A stretch of DNA of 64,000 nt, from positions 2,528,001-2,592,000 of the forward strand of contig OZ244197.1 of NCBI GenBank assembly GCA_965216785.1, read 5' to 3'. The position numbers were made by a program, and so were the translations under genes. Position 1 is the stretch's first letter; each line of letters starts with the position of its first letter. Under the pieces are notes generated by a model. That model was not told the origin of the DNA. It searched no databases and worked only from the letters and a program-made list of their open reading frames with translations. The stretch is from Thermodesulfobacteriota bacterium. GTDB lineage: Bacteria > Desulfobacterota_D > UBA1144 > Nemesobacterales > UBA2774. Shown here piece after piece: positions 28,148-39,434 of this stretch.

Positions 28148-30861
28148 CGTCTCAGCAGAAAATCTATTTCGGTCTCTGTTTCGTTCTTCGGAAGACCGTA
28201 ATCACTCGGCACATATCCGGGGTCCGTGCCAAACTCCCCGCTGTCAATCATCACTCTGTCTCTTAAGGAATCCAGCACGTTTTCCCTAAGCGAATCGATG
28301 CTGTAGGGCACATTTCCGTATGGAGTACTTACGGTTTTTATGCGCGAAGGCTTTTTGAATTTGCCCCCGGGGTATTTCTCTAAAGCCTCCTCCATAAAGT
28401 CTATCCATATCGGGAGCGCGGCCCTCGAGCCCGCTTCCTTTTTACCGATTGGTTTATGGTCGTCACGCCCTACCCAAACCGCTGTTGTGATACGAGGGCT
28501 GAACCCCACAAACCACGCGTCCGTGTATTCGTTCGTAGTCCCCGTCTTTCCGCCCAATGGGGCCTTTGAAGTGAGCCTTGCGGCCCTTCTGCCCGTGCCT
28601 TCTTTAATTACAGCTTGAAGTAGATCTGACATTATGTACGCGGTCTCGGGGCTTAGAGTCTGTTTTTCTTCCCCGCCCGACAAGAAGTCCACTGAGCCAG
28701 AGCGGACCAGCTCGAGAAACTCAGCTGGGTTAAAAAACTTATATTCACTTGAGTCCGAGGCAAAACCTTCTGAATCCGAAAGCTCATTTTCCTCTAAAAA
28801 TTCTGAATCAAACTTAGCCTGATCGGGGTCCCTGCCCTTCTTCTTCGCGAGCGCTCTGATTATATTTAGTCTTTTGGCCTCGCGGTCCGCCTTTAAAGAT
28901 TCTTCTTTGGATACAAACTGCCCGCCCGTGTTATCCTCGACAATTCTCCCGTTACGGTCATATATCCTGAGGATGAATACCGGCTCTACAAGCTTCCCTT
29001 CGTTCGCAAACACGTTATATGCCTTAACCATTTCCATCACTTTTACGTCGGCGCCGCCGAGCGCAAGTGAGGGATAGGGGTTGAACTTGGTCTCAAAACC
29101 GAAGTTCTTCGCATAGCTAACCACATACTTGGGATCAATATCGAGCATCAGCCTGATGGTCGCGAGGTTTCTGGACTTGGCAAGAGCCGTTCTTAAAACT
29201 ATTGCACCCAGGTAGTTACCGTCGTAGTTCTGCGGCGCCCAGTCCTTGATGACTATAGGCATATCATACAGAACAGATGTCTCGGTGTAGCCTTTGTCAA
29301 TAGCCGCAGAGTAAACAATCGGTTTAAACGCCGAGCCCGGCTGCCTTACAGCCTGCACTGTCCTATTAAATTGTGAGGACCTGTAATCAAACCCTCCGAC
29401 AAGCGCTCTAATATTGCCGCCAGTGTCCATAGCGACCAGAGCGGCTTGTGTCTCAGGGGCATAATTTAATACGTACTCATATTCTCCGCCTGAGGATTCC
29501 ATCGCTTTAATTTTTATGACATCGCCTTTTTTAAGGTTTTTAGTTACGAGGCTTAATCCTCTGTAGCCGTCTGCAGGCACGTACTTTTCTGTGTAAGGAG
29601 AGCTTAGTCCGGGAACCGGCTTACCGAGCTTGGGGCTTACGGCATAGCGAAGCTCCCCCTTTATATCTCCAATCGCAATCTCTGCCGTATAGAGAACCGC
29701 TGCTTCATCTTGAGATTTATCGTCTTTTATTTCAGATTGCTCGTTTTTTGTTATTGAGGTCACTACAGCTTTGTACTCATCACCCGCTTTAATATCCACT
29801 ATGTTCTGGGCGCTTAAGTATTTTTTAACCTGGGTGTCGTTTGAAAGGTTTTTGACCACGACTCTGCGGCCTCGTCTCGACTCTAAGTCCACTAGCCCTC
29901 TCTTAACAGCCCACTGCGCTTCAAGGTTCAGGTCTACGTCAAGAGTAGTAAATACGGTGTAACCCCCGTTTATGAATTCCTCTGTGCCGACAGTGTTTTC
30001 AAGATAGCGTCTTACGTGCTCCACAAAATAAGGAGCGAGCTTGGAGTTCACTCTCAAGCGGGGCTTAATGTCTATTTCAAAACTCTCAGCCTCAACTCTT
30101 TCGTCCTCTGTAATAAACCCTCCCTCCATCATTCTCCTGAGAACCGTTTTTTGCCTCTCAAGCGCGCGCTCAGGGTGGTTACGAGGTGAATAGTACTCGG
30201 GTTTTTGCGGCAGTCCGGCAAGCAGCGCGGCCTCCGCAAGATTTATATCCTTGGCCGATTTACCGAAATAATTTTGGCTTGCAACCTCAATCCCATGCGC
30301 TCCGTCAGCCAGATAAATGTGATTTAGATATAGAAATAGAATCTCTTCCTTTGAAAGGTTATTCTCGATCCTGTGGGCAAGTATCGCCTCTTTTATCTTT
30401 CTTGTAAGAGTGCGCTCGGGGGTCAGGATAATATTCTTGATCACCTGCTGGGTTATCGTGCTTGCGCCTCTTACCCAATCGCCCTCCTGAATGTTCTCAA
30501 ACATAGCGGCGATAATACTCTTTACGTCGACCCCTTCGTGCTCGAAAAAGCGGCGGTCCTCAACAGCGATAAAAGCATTTCTCACATGAGTGGGGATATT
30601 TTCATACCGAATGATTTTCCTTCTTTCTGCGGCGAATTCTCCAATTAATGTCCCGTCCGCTGAGTACACTTCGCTCTTTAGCCGGGGCTTATAACCTGTC
30701 ACGACAGTGAAATCGGGCAGGTCGCGAGTATAGTACTTATATCCCGCGTACAGGGCCAGAATCCCAGCTACCAGGAGTATAAAAAAAGCGGCGATAAAGA
30801 ACATTAACGCCTTGCTTTTTCTGGGTTTTGATTTAAATTTTACTTTCTTTTTCTTAGCCAT
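28144..30861 (-). CDS. mrcA: Class A penicillin-binding protein 1A
   Basis: N-terminal TM segment; EDRRFFEHEGVD and GASTITQQ transglycosylase motifs; RQPGSAFKP, SRN and KTGTT transpeptidase motifs. Confidence 0.92.
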   Translation of the reverse strand: MAKKKKVKFKSKPRKSKALMFFIAAFFILLVAGILALYAGYKYYTRDLPDFTVVTGYKPRLKSEVYSADGTLIGEFAAERRKIIRYENIPTHVRNAFIAVEDRRFFEHEGVDVKSIIAAMFENIQEGDWVRGASTITQQVIKNIILTPERTLTRKIKEAILAHRIENNLSKEEILFLYLNHIYLADGAHGIEVASQNYFGKSAKDINLAEAALLAGLPQKPEYYSPRNHPERALERQKTVLRRMMEGGFITEDERVEAESFEIDIKPRLRVNSKLAPYFVEHVRRYLENTVGTEEFINGGYTVFTTLDVDLNLEAQWAVKRGLVDLESRRGRRVVVKNLSNDTQVKKYLSAQNIVDIKAGDEYKAVVTSITKNEQSEIKDDKSQDEAAVLYTAEIAIGDIKGELRYAVSPKLGKPVPGLSSPYTEKYVPADGYRGLSLVTKNLKKGDVIKIKAMESSGGEYEYVLNYAPETQAALVAMDTGGNIRALVGGFDYRSSQFNRTVQAVRQPGSAFKPIVYSAAIDKGYTETSVLYDMPIVIKDWAPQNYDGNYLGAIVLRTALAKSRNLATIRLMLDIDPKYVVSYAKNFGFETKFNPYPSLALGGADVKVMEMVKAYNVFANEGKLVEPVFILRIYDRNGRIVEDNTGGQFVSKEESLKADREAKRLNIIRALAKKKGRDPDQAKFDSEFLEENELSDSEGFASDSSEYKFFNPAEFLELVRSGSVDFLSGGEEKQTLSPETAYIMSDLLQAVIKEGTGRRAARLTSKAPLGGKTGTTNEYTDAWFVGFSPRITTAVWVGRDDHKPIGKKEAGSRAALPIWIDFMEEALEKYPGGKFKKPSRIKTVSTPYGNVPYSIDSLRENVLDSLRDRVMIDSGEFGTDPGYVPSDYGLPKNETETEIDFLLRR

Positions 30862-30973
30862 TAGATTCGACGCTGTCCGCTCAGAGGCAATTGAGTGGGA
30901 ATGAAAATTAAACATAATTATACCTGAGATAAAGCGGTTTTATAAAGCTTTAAATTCGCCGGGTTTAAATTTC

Positions 30974-31183
30974 ATGGAACAGAAAAATACTGAAGAGGCA
31001 CTTACGCTGGATACATATATTAAAGGCGTAAAAGACCAAGAGATAAAGGGCATACTGCTTAAGCTCAAGAACGAAATACGTAGAACGGACGCTGACAAGA
31101 ACACAATTGAAGCAGTTATTGCCTCATTAAAAGATAAAAACATCACCATAGCCGAGGAAGTGCTAAACTTAATCCAGGACTAA
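30974..31183 (+). CDS. Small hypothetical helical protein (69 aa)
   Basis: Amphipathic, protein-like composition; divergent from mrcA. Confidence 0.55.
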   Translation: MEQKNTEEALTLDTYIKGVKDQEIKGILLKLKNEIRRTDADKNTIEAVIASLKDKNITIAEEVLNLIQD

Positions 31184-31367
31184 TGTGGACAGAGGCGAGC
31201 GTCTTTGCGCGATGCCGGGGATTAAAATTGGCTACAGAGGCTGGGGGCAGCGAGCGAACGTACTGCGTGAGCGAGAGCAGGATAAAATCAACCGTGCAGC
31301 TGTGCCGGGGCTATATTACCGGCAGGCAATCAACGGCACATAGTACTATTCTTAGGAATACAAAATT

Positions 31368-32306
31368 ATGAATGCTCAAAAGAATACGGCAGACAGCATA
31401 CTTGACTTAATAGGCGGAACACCTGTTATAAAGCTCCACAATATAGCCACCGATGACTCTGCCGCCATATGGGCAAAGCTCGAGAACCTGAACCCCGCGG
31501 GCAGCACAAAAGAGAGAATATCTCTAAGAATGATAGAAAGCGCTGAGAAAAAAGGACTCATTACCCCCGGGAAAACAGTAATTATCGAGGCCACGAGCGG
31601 TAACACCGGCATAGGCCTTGCGCTTGTATCCGCGCTTAAAGGCTACGATCTTATCCTTACCATGCCAGCAGGAAAGAGTTTTGAGAGAAGGCAGCTGCTT
31701 TCAGCTTACGGGGCTGAGGTTATTTTGACCCCTGCCGAAGAGCTCATGGAAGGCGCGGTCACAAAAGCCAAAGAAATAGCGGCCGAGCGCCCGGACTCTA
31801 TAATGTTAAGCCAATACGAAAACCCTGAAAACCCAGAAGCGCACCGCCTCGGTACAGGGGCGGAGATAATAGAGCAGGTACCTCCCCCCATAGACGCCTT
31901 TGTTTCGACCGTCGGCACAGGAGGCACGTTAAGCGGAGTCGGAAGCGCTCTCAGAGAGAAGTACCCTAACGTGCGCCTAGTCGCTGTTGAACCTGCCGAA
32001 TCCGCGGTGCTTTCGGGAGAGGAGCCCCATATGCACGATATACAGGGCATTGGCCCCGGGTTCATCCCCCCTATACTGGACTCAGATATGTATGACGAGA
32101 TAATTCAGGTATCGGCAAGTGAAGCAGCCGAGTTTGCAAGAGAAATTGCTCTTAAAGAAGGGCTTTTAGTCGGTATTTCATCGGGCGCGTCAGGGTATGC
32201 GGCCCTTAAAATTGCAAAAAGGCTTGGCCCGGGTAAACAGGTAGTTACAATTTTCTGCGATACAGGCGAGCGCTATTTAAGCACTGGACTTTTCGGAAAC
32301 GAATAA
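31368..32306 (+). CDS. cysK: Cysteine synthase (O-acetylserine sulfhydrylase)
   Basis: KLENLNPAGSTK PLP lysine, EATSGNTG, GTGGT, IQGIG, GISSGA, DTGERYLST. Confidence 0.9.
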   Translation: MNAQKNTADSILDLIGGTPVIKLHNIATDDSAAIWAKLENLNPAGSTKERISLRMIESAEKKGLITPGKTVIIEATSGNTGIGLALVSALKGYDLILTMPAGKSFERRQLLSAYGAEVILTPAEELMEGAVTKAKEIAAERPDSIMLSQYENPENPEAHRLGTGAEIIEQVPPPIDAFVSTVGTGGTLSGVGSALREKYPNVRLVAVEPAESAVLSGEEPHMHDIQGIGPGFIPPILDSDMYDEIIQVSASEAAEFAREIALKEGLLVGISSGASGYAALKIAKRLGPGKQVVTIFCDTGERYLSTGLFGNE

Positions 32307-32511
32307 TATATTAAGTTTAGGATAGTATATGCTTTATTGTGAGGAAATGGTGACAGTCCAAGCACAAAGCATACAGGGACAGCGGGAATGCAATAAAAAC
32401 GAGCGTTTCACAGCAGTAGAGAGGAATTAGTAGTGTTTGATAATGACGGCTATATGTGGTATCTTTGAGTATGCTTTCCTGCAGTTATATTTTAAATTAT
32501 ACGAGGTCTAA

Positions 32512-34407
32512 GTGAACAGCCAATTATTTAAAAATTTAGTACTATGGTTGGTAATTTTTGTAGCAATAATAGCTTTATACCAACTTGTGCATACCCCTAG
32601 AGTCGCTACTCTCGAAATCCCTTATAGCGAGTTTTTAGAATATGTGGATAAGGGTGATGTAAAGGAGCTCGAATTTAAGGGCGAGCAAATAACGGGTGAG
32701 TTTTCAAGCCCTGTTGGAGAGAGTTCTGATACGGGCTTTAAAACAGTCGGTCCCGCAAGCGAAGACCTCCTGAAAACCCTTGAAGAAAAAGGTGTTTCAT
32801 TTAAATTCGATGCCAATAAAGAAGGCTCGCTTACTCATATCCTTCTCAACTGGGCTCCGCTGATTCTTCTTATAGTCATTATGGTTTTCTTTATGCGTCA
32901 GCTGCAGGCGGGCGGCACGAAGGCTATGTCTTTTGGTAAAAACAAAGCCAGAATGCTTTCTGAAAATCAAAACAAGATCACATTTAAAGACGTTGCAGGC
33001 GTAGACGAGGCGAAAGAGGAAGTCCAGGAGATTGTGGAGTTCCTGAAGAGCCCTAAGAAATTTACCAAGATCGGAGGCCGCATACCAAAGGGTATTCTGC
33101 TTGTAGGTCCTCCTGGGACGGGTAAAACCCTTCTGGCAAAAGCCATAGCCGGTGAGGCGGGTGTGCCGTTCTTTATTATTAGCGGCAGCGACTTTGTTGA
33201 AATGTTTGTAGGAGTAGGTGCGTCAAGGGTCAGGGACCTTTTCGTTCAGGCTAAGCGCCACGCTCCCTGCATTATCTTCGTCGACGAGCTTGACGCCGTA
33301 GGCAGGCACAGGGGTGCTGGGCTCGGCGGAGGACACGACGAGAGAGAGCAGACGCTAAACCAGCTGCTTGTTGAGATGGACGGTTTTGAATCCAACGAAG
33401 GGATTATTGTGATGGCGGCGACCAACCGCCCCGACGTGCTTGACCCCGCTCTTCTAAGGCCGGGCCGGTTTGACCGGCAGGTTGTAGTTCCGAGACCCGA
33501 CGTAAGAGGAAGAGAAGAGATTCTGAAAGTGCATTCTAAAAACACTCCGCTTGATAGCGATGTCGAGCTTTCCGTAATCGCGCGGTCCACTCCGGGCTTT
33601 TCAGGCGCGGACCTTGAGAACCTCGTGAACGAATCGGCCCTTCATGCGGCAAGGCAAAGCAGAGCAAAAATCTCGATGCAGGACTTTGAGTTCGCAAAAG
33701 ACAAAGTCATTATGGGTGTTGAGAGAAAGAGCATGATAATAAGCGACTCGGAAAGAAAAATCACCGCATACCACGAAGCGGGCCATGCGCTTGTAGCAAA
33801 GCTGACGCCGGGAACAGACCCGATTCACAAGGTCACCATTATACCGAGAGGAATGGCGCTTGGAGTAACACAGCAGCTGCCTATTGAAGACAAATACACG
33901 CTTTCCAGAACGAGCCTTAACGGGACAATCAAAGTCCTGCTCGGAGGAAGAGCCGCCGAGGAAATAGTATTTGGCGAGCGCACGAGCGGCGCAGGGAACG
34001 ACCTTGACCGTGTTACGGATATCGCGCGCCGAATGGTGTGTGAATGGGGAATGAGTGAAAAAGTTGGTCCCGTTACGTTTGGCAAAGGTGAAGACCAGAT
34101 TTTCTTGGGCAAAGAGATATCAAAACCCAAAGACTATAGCGAAGAGACAGCTATTGAAATTGATAGCGAGATACGCTCTATTGTCACGGACAATTATTCA
34201 AAAGCGAAATCTACTCTTGAAGATAATATTGACTTACTTCACAAGCTTGCCGAGATGCTCCTCGATAAGGAAGTCATAGACGGAAAAGAGCTCGATGAGC
34301 TCGTTAGTAGCCACAAGCCCCAAAAAGATTATCCCTCCCCTTGGCAAAACCCGACCACAGAAGGGTCGGTAGCCTTTAGGAGCAGTAATAATTCTGAAGA
34401 CGCTTGA
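32512..34407 (+). CDS. ftsH: ATP-dependent zinc metalloprotease FtsH
   Basis: Two TM segments, [22 protein letters not shown]. Confidence 0.97.
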   Translation: MNSQLFKNLVLWLVIFVAIIALYQLVHTPRVATLEIPYSEFLEYVDKGDVKELEFKGEQITGEFSSPVGESSDTGFKTVGPASEDLLKTLEEKGVSFKFDANKEGSLTHILLNWAPLILLIVIMVFFMRQLQAGGTKAMSFGKNKARMLSENQNKITFKDVAGVDEAKEEVQEIVEFLKSPKKFTKIGGRIPKGILLVGPPGTGKTLLAKAIAGEAGVPFFIISGSDFVEMFVGVGASRVRDLFVQAKRHAPCIIFVDELDAVGRHRGAGLGGGHDEREQTLNQLLVEMDGFESNEGIIVMAATNRPDVLDPALLRPGRFDRQVVVPRPDVRGREEILKVHSKNTPLDSDVELSVIARSTPGFSGADLENLVNESALHAARQSRAKISMQDFEFAKDKVIMGVERKSMIISDSERKITAYHEAGHALVAKLTPGTDPIHKVTIIPRGMALGVTQQLPIEDKYTLSRTSLNGTIKVLLGGRAAEEIVFGERTSGAGNDLDRVTDIARRMVCEWGMSEKVGPVTFGKGEDQIFLGKEISKPKDYSEETAIEIDSEIRSIVTDNYSKAKSTLEDNIDLLHKLAEMLLDKEVIDGKELDELVSSHKPQKDYPSPWQNPTTEGSVAFRSSNNSEDA

Positions 34408-34527
34408 TCCGCAGTACTTATTACTTACGGCGCGGTGTATCGGGGTTCTCTAATTTTGAATAGACAACGGAGCCGATTTACATTTTTGGCTCCGACTATA
34501 TAAGTAAATCCCTTTAGCGAGGCAGAA

Positions 34528-35448
34528 ATGTTGCGTGAGAATGCGGCTAACTCAAAAATCGGTCTGGAAGATGAAACGGGAACCTCTGTTTTAAATACCC
34601 ATCTGTTCAAGTGCAGGGACACCGAGTTTGACCTGAGTTTAAGGACTCACATAATGGGAGTGCTGAATACGACGCCCGACTCCTTTTATGACGGAGGGAA
34701 TTACTCGCAGATAGATGCAGCTTTAAAACACGTGGAAAAAATGATAGAGGAAGGCGCGGATATTATAGACATAGGCGGTGAATCCACCCGCCCGGGCTCC
34801 CTACCCGTCTCAGCCAAAGAAGAGCTGGAAAGGGTGATACCGGTCATAAAGGAAATAAGAAAACGTTTTGACATACCGCTATCCATTGATACAACGAAAT
34901 CAGAGGTCGCCCTCAGGGCGCTGGAGGAAGGCGTGAAGATTGTTAACGACATAAGCGCTCTCACTTTTGACCCGGAAATCGCAGACGCAGCATCTAAATA
35001 CGGAGCAGGACTTGTTCTGAGCCACACTACTTCGAGACCCCGCGATATGCAGAGCAAAACCAGTTACGGCTCTCTTATCGAAGACATTAAGCTCCCTCTT
35101 CGAATTTCAGTAAAACTGGCTGAGCACAGAGGCGTGCGTCCGCGCTCTATTGTTGTAGACCCAGGATTTGGTTTTGGAAAAACAGTAGAGCAGAATTTAG
35201 CTATTCTTAAGCACTTAAACTCTTTCCTAGAACTCGGCAAACCTATATTAATCGGGACTTCAAACAAGTCATTTATCGGCAAAGTCCTTGATGCGGAGGC
35301 AGGAGATAGAACCGAAGGCACGGCGGCCACGGTAGCGGTCGGTATACTAAATGGGGCTTCCATAATACGAGTACATGAAACGGGGTATATGAAACGCGTA
35401 TCCCAAATGATTGATGCAATACTTAATGTTAGTCACGAAACTTATTGA
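34528..35448 (+). CDS. folP: Dihydropteroate synthase
   Basis: MGVLNTTPDSFYDGG, DIGGESTRPG, DPGFGFGK, SNKSF, IIRVH. The start position is uncertain. Confidence 0.95.
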   Translation: MLRENAANSKIGLEDETGTSVLNTHLFKCRDTEFDLSLRTHIMGVLNTTPDSFYDGGNYSQIDAALKHVEKMIEEGADIIDIGGESTRPGSLPVSAKEELERVIPVIKEIRKRFDIPLSIDTTKSEVALRALEEGVKIVNDISALTFDPEIADAASKYGAGLVLSHTTSRPRDMQSKTSYGSLIEDIKLPLRISVKLAEHRGVRPRSIVVDPGFGFGKTVEQNLAILKHLNSFLELGKPILIGTSNKSFIGKVLDAEAGDRTEGTAATVAVGILNGASIIRVHETGYMKRVSQMIDAILNVSHETY

Positions 35449-35489
35449 AATGTCTTAACTTTTTCTAAGTTTTAAGTTATAATTTGATT

Positions 35490-36296
35490 ATGCTCGACGC
35501 TATAATTAATTACCGCTACGTTTGGGATACTCTCGACATCGTACTTGTCGCATTCGTAATATATTATGCGCTAAGGATAATAGAGGGCACAAGAGCAGTT
35601 CAGATACTGTTCGGACTGGTACTTCTAGTAGTGCTTTATTACTTCTCTCAAAGAGGTCTTTTCACTCTCAACTGGATACTCGGGCAGTTCCTGGGATCGA
35701 TAATATTAATAGTGGTGATACTTTTCCAGCACGACATTCGCCGGGGCCTTGCGGCAATCGGAAGGAGACCTTTTTTACTAAAACTCTCTCCAGGCAAGTC
35801 AAAACAGCTCTATGCCGAAGAAGTTGTAAAAGCGGCGAGCTACCTGGCCAATAGACATATAGGCGCGCTCATAGCGATTGAAAGGAACAACAGCTTATCT
35901 GACTTTATAGAAATAGGTATGAGGATCGACGCGCTCGTGTCAAGAGAGCTTATAATCAGCATATTCAACCCCGCCTCCCCTCTTCACGACGGCGGGATAA
36001 TCATAGTAGGCAACAGGATCGTTTCCGCGGGCTCGTTTTTCCCGCTTGTTACCGACCCCGATCTTGAGAGGGAGCTCGGAACGAGACATAGGGCGGCAAT
36101 CGGGCTCTCAGCCGAGACAGATGCAATGGTAATTGCCGTTTCCGAAGAGACCGGCACCATTTCCCTTGCCTCTGGGGGCGAGATCACCAGGGGACTCGAC
36201 GCGACAGCTCTTAACAACAAGCTTCAGGAACTCCTTGGCATAAAAAAGCCCGATCAGCCTAAACAAGTTGCGATAACTAACAAAGAGGAGAGCTAA
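35490..36296 (+). CDS. cdaA: Diadenylate cyclase CdaA/DacA
   Basis: Three N-terminal TM segments, PLHDG and GTRHRAA DAC motifs, VSEETG. Confidence 0.93.
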   Translation: MLDAIINYRYVWDTLDIVLVAFVIYYALRIIEGTRAVQILFGLVLLVVLYYFSQRGLFTLNWILGQFLGSIILIVVILFQHDIRRGLAAIGRRPFLLKLSPGKSKQLYAEEVVKAASYLANRHIGALIAIERNNSLSDFIEIGMRIDALVSRELIISIFNPASPLHDGGIIIVGNRIVSAGSFFPLVTDPDLERELGTRHRAAIGLSAETDAMVIAVSEETGTISLASGGEITRGLDATALNNKLQELLGIKKPDQPKQVAITNKEES

Positions 36297-36321
36297 GAGC
36301 AAACACCTTTAGGGTATAGAT

Positions 36322-37302
36322 ATGGTGGACTGGTTAAAAAAACCCTATCAATCAGATAGCGGCAATACTAATAAAGCAAAAACTCCTTTCTTCTCGGACA
36401 TGGGAAAGAAGCTCCTTGCTGTGGTAATCGCCATATCGCTTTGGATGGTAGCAAACCTGCAGCACGACGTAGATAAAAATGTGAATATAGATATTAACTA
36501 TGCGAATCTGCCCCCAGGACTTGTTATAGCCAACAATCCGCCGGAAAAGCTCACAGTAAGAATGAGAGGCCCCAGAAGTCAGCTGCCCTCAGCCAACTCA
36601 GAGACTATGTTATTTACAATCGATCTCTCAAACCTTGGCGAAGGCATGTCACGGTTTGATATAACCACGGATCAGATTATTCCACCCAGGGACGTACAGG
36701 TCACGGGCATAAGCCCGGCTGAGATAGAGATCGATATAGACAAGCTTAGCGATAAGAACGTAAAAGTCGTGCCTTCTTTAGGACCGCTCGAGCCAGGGTA
36801 TGAAATTATCGGCGAGCCCGAAGTAGTGCCGTCAGAGATCATGGTCCGCGGCCCTGAAAGCCTGATAAATAAAATCAACAGCATAACTACAGACCCTGTG
36901 GATCTAAAGGGAGAAAGGTCGAAATTTACCATAGAAGTGCCGCTCCGCTCCCCCTACTCTCTTGTTAAAGTGGTAGGCAACAACACAGTGCGAGTTACAG
37001 TGGACATAGCGGAAAGGACACTGGAGAAAGAATTTAACAACCTTGCGATAAACTTTGTTAACTTCGACGATTTTGATTTTGAAACAGACGGTAATATCGT
37101 TACCGAGATCTCATTCGAAGGCCCTTTCAGCATAATCAACAACCTCAGCAGCGAAGACATAGAGCTCTTCGTTGACGGAAGCGATATTAGTAATAACAGC
37201 AACAAGACTCATAAACTAAAAGTCAGCGTCGATTATCCTCACAAGGAATTACTCAAGTTAAAGAGTCAATCCCCAAAGACAATCGAGATAAAATTAAACT
37301 GA
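36322..37302 (+). CDS. cdaR: CdaR/YbbR-domain regulator
   Basis: One TM segment (KLLAVVIAISLW), YbbR-like V.V.GP repeats; lies between cdaA and glmM. Confidence 0.85.
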   Translation: MVDWLKKPYQSDSGNTNKAKTPFFSDMGKKLLAVVIAISLWMVANLQHDVDKNVNIDINYANLPPGLVIANNPPEKLTVRMRGPRSQLPSANSETMLFTIDLSNLGEGMSRFDITTDQIIPPRDVQVTGISPAEIEIDIDKLSDKNVKVVPSLGPLEPGYEIIGEPEVVPSEIMVRGPESLINKINSITTDPVDLKGERSKFTIEVPLRSPYSLVKVVGNNTVRVTVDIAERTLEKEFNNLAINFVNFDDFDFETDGNIVTEISFEGPFSIINNLSSEDIELFVDGSDISNNSNKTHKLKVSVDYPHKELLKLKSQSPKTIEIKLN

Positions 37303-37316
37303 GCGGGAGAATCAGC

Positions 37317-38690
37317 TTGGAGATTAAACAAAGACGCCTCTTCGGCACAGACGGCATCAGGGGTGTAGCCAACAGTGAACCAATGACGCCCGAGATGAGC
37401 CTAAGGCTCGGGAAGGCACTCACTCATAGCCTGAAACAAAATAAGACTGATACCAAAAGACCAAAAATCGTTATAGGCAAGGACACCAGGCTCTCGGGGT
37501 ATATGTTCGAGCAGGCTCTGTCTTCAGGCATAGCTTCAATGGGTGCGGATGTTCTGTTAGTGGGTCCACTCCCCACACCTGCTATTGCGTTCATTACTTC
37601 CAGCATGCGGGCCGATGCCGGCATTGTCATTTCCGCATCTCATAACCCCTACCAGGATAACGGCATTAAAATATTTGACCGTCACGGTTTTAAGCTCCCC
37701 GATGAAAGAGAGATTGAGATTGAGGAGCTCATGAATAACGGAGATGCAGACCAGGTAAAAAGCTCCCCGAACGACATAGGTAAAGCATACAGGATTGACG
37801 ACGCTCAGGGGCGCTACGTTGTATTTGTAAAGAACTCTTTCCCCGAAGACCTAACTTTAGACGACGTGCGCTTAGTGCTCGACTGCGCAAACGGCGCTGC
37901 GTACAAGGTAGCGCCCACAGTGTTTCAGGAGCTTGGCGCGGAGCTCGTTACTATCGGTGTAAACCCGGACGGCGAAAATATCAACACCGAGTGCGGATCA
38001 CTGAACCCCGAGCTTCTCTGCCAAGAAGTGCTCGATACCGGCTCCCAAGTCGGTATAGCCCTTGACGGTGACGCAGACAGGGTCATATTCTCCGATGAAA
38101 AGGGCAACATCGTAGACGGTGACAAAATCATAGCCATCTGCGCGACCGAGATGATAGAGAACGGGACTCTGCGCGGGAACGCGGTAGTTACTACCCTAAT
38201 GAGCAATATGGCTCTTGAGAAATATATAACGGACAAGGGACTCGAATTCATTCGCACTCAGGTAGGAGACCGATACGTGGTCGAAGAAATGCGCAGGAGA
38301 AATTGTAATTTGGGAGGCGAGCAGTCCGGCCACATAATATTCCTTGACCACACAACTACCGGCGACGGTACGCTAGCGGCACTTCAGCTGTTGGCGATTA
38401 TGAAAAGAAAGGAGAAAACCCTTTCCGAGCTAGCTCGCATTTTCGATCTCTACCCCCAGGTATTATTAAATCTAAAGGTAAGGGAAAAGAAGAACCTCTC
38501 TGACATTCCGGGACTAAGCAAGCTGCTAGGCGAGCAGGAGAACCGCTTAAACGGCAAGGGCCGCATTAATATCAGATATTCAGGCACAGAGCCCATTGCA
38601 AGGGTTATGGTAGAAGGCGAAAACGACACTCTCATTAACGAGATAGCGGCGACGCTTACGGATAAGATTAGAAAAGAAATAGGAGCTTGA
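37317..38690 (+). CDS. glmM: Phosphoglucosamine mutase
   Basis: [36 protein letters not shown]. Confidence 0.96.
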   Translation: MEIKQRRLFGTDGIRGVANSEPMTPEMSLRLGKALTHSLKQNKTDTKRPKIVIGKDTRLSGYMFEQALSSGIASMGADVLLVGPLPTPAIAFITSSMRADAGIVISASHNPYQDNGIKIFDRHGFKLPDEREIEIEELMNNGDADQVKSSPNDIGKAYRIDDAQGRYVVFVKNSFPEDLTLDDVRLVLDCANGAAYKVAPTVFQELGAELVTIGVNPDGENINTECGSLNPELLCQEVLDTGSQVGIALDGDADRVIFSDEKGNIVDGDKIIAICATEMIENGTLRGNAVVTTLMSNMALEKYITDKGLEFIRTQVGDRYVVEEMRRRNCNLGGEQSGHIIFLDHTTTGDGTLAALQLLAIMKRKEKTLSELARIFDLYPQVLLNLKVREKKNLSDIPGLSKLLGEQENRLNGKGRINIRYSGTEPIARVMVEGENDTLINEIAATLTDKIRKEIGA

Positions 38691-38695
38691 TACAG

Positions 38696-39409
38696 ATGCC
38701 GAAATTGAATGTAAATATAGATCATGTAGCGACCATAAGACAGGCAAGAGGCGGGGTCGAGCCAGATCCTGTGGCCGCCGCCGTGCTTGCTGAGCTCTCG
38801 GGGGCCGACGGTATTGTCGTACATTTGAGAGAAGATCGAAGACACATCCAGGACAGAGACTTAAGACTCCTAAGAGAGACAGTAAAAACAAAGCTCAATA
38901 TGGAAATGGCCGCAACTGAGGAAATGGTGCAGATAGCAAAAGCGGTGCTGCCCGACATGGTAACCCTTGTGCCCGAGAAAAGAAAGGAGCTTACTACCGA
39001 GGGGGGCCTTGATGTTAAGGGTAGCTATAAAAACGTGTCGCGCACTGTTAGAGAGTTAAAGACAAGCGGGATCTTCGTGAGCCTCTTCATCGATCCGGAC
39101 CAAGAGCAGATAAAGATATCTAAAGAAGCGGGCGCCCACATGGTAGAGCTCCACACTGGCAATTATTCCGACGCGGCGAATGAAGACGAAATGGAGCGTG
39201 AGCTTGATAAGATCGAAAGTGCGGTTCACGCGGCGGTAAAAGCAGGCCTAAGAGTTGCCGCCGGGCACGGGCTTGACTACAAGAACACTGAATACGTAGC
39301 TCAGTTCGAGGACATAGAAGAGCTTAACATCGGCCACAGCATTGTCTCAAGAGCAGTTCTTGTCGGTATGGAAAAAGCCGTAAGCGATATGCTTATACTC
39401 TGCAGCTAA
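38696..39409 (+). CDS. pdxJ: Pyridoxine 5'-phosphate synthase
   Basis: [40 protein letters not shown]. Confidence 0.97.
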   Translation: MPKLNVNIDHVATIRQARGGVEPDPVAAAVLAELSGADGIVVHLREDRRHIQDRDLRLLRETVKTKLNMEMAATEEMVQIAKAVLPDMVTLVPEKRKELTTEGGLDVKGSYKNVSRTVRELKTSGIFVSLFIDPDQEQIKISKEAGAHMVELHTGNYSDAANEDEMERELDKIESAVHAAVKAGLRVAAGHGLDYKNTEYVAQFEDIEELNIGHSIVSRAVLVGMEKAVSDMLILCS

Positions 39410-39434
39410 TTCCGTCAATCAAACACAACAAGCA

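Noticed and set aside
31183-31371. 62-aa ORF bridging the small gene and cysK
   Set aside because: The sequence is not protein-like and is better explained by a structured non-coding element, although its stop/start overlaps mean it cannot be fully excluded.
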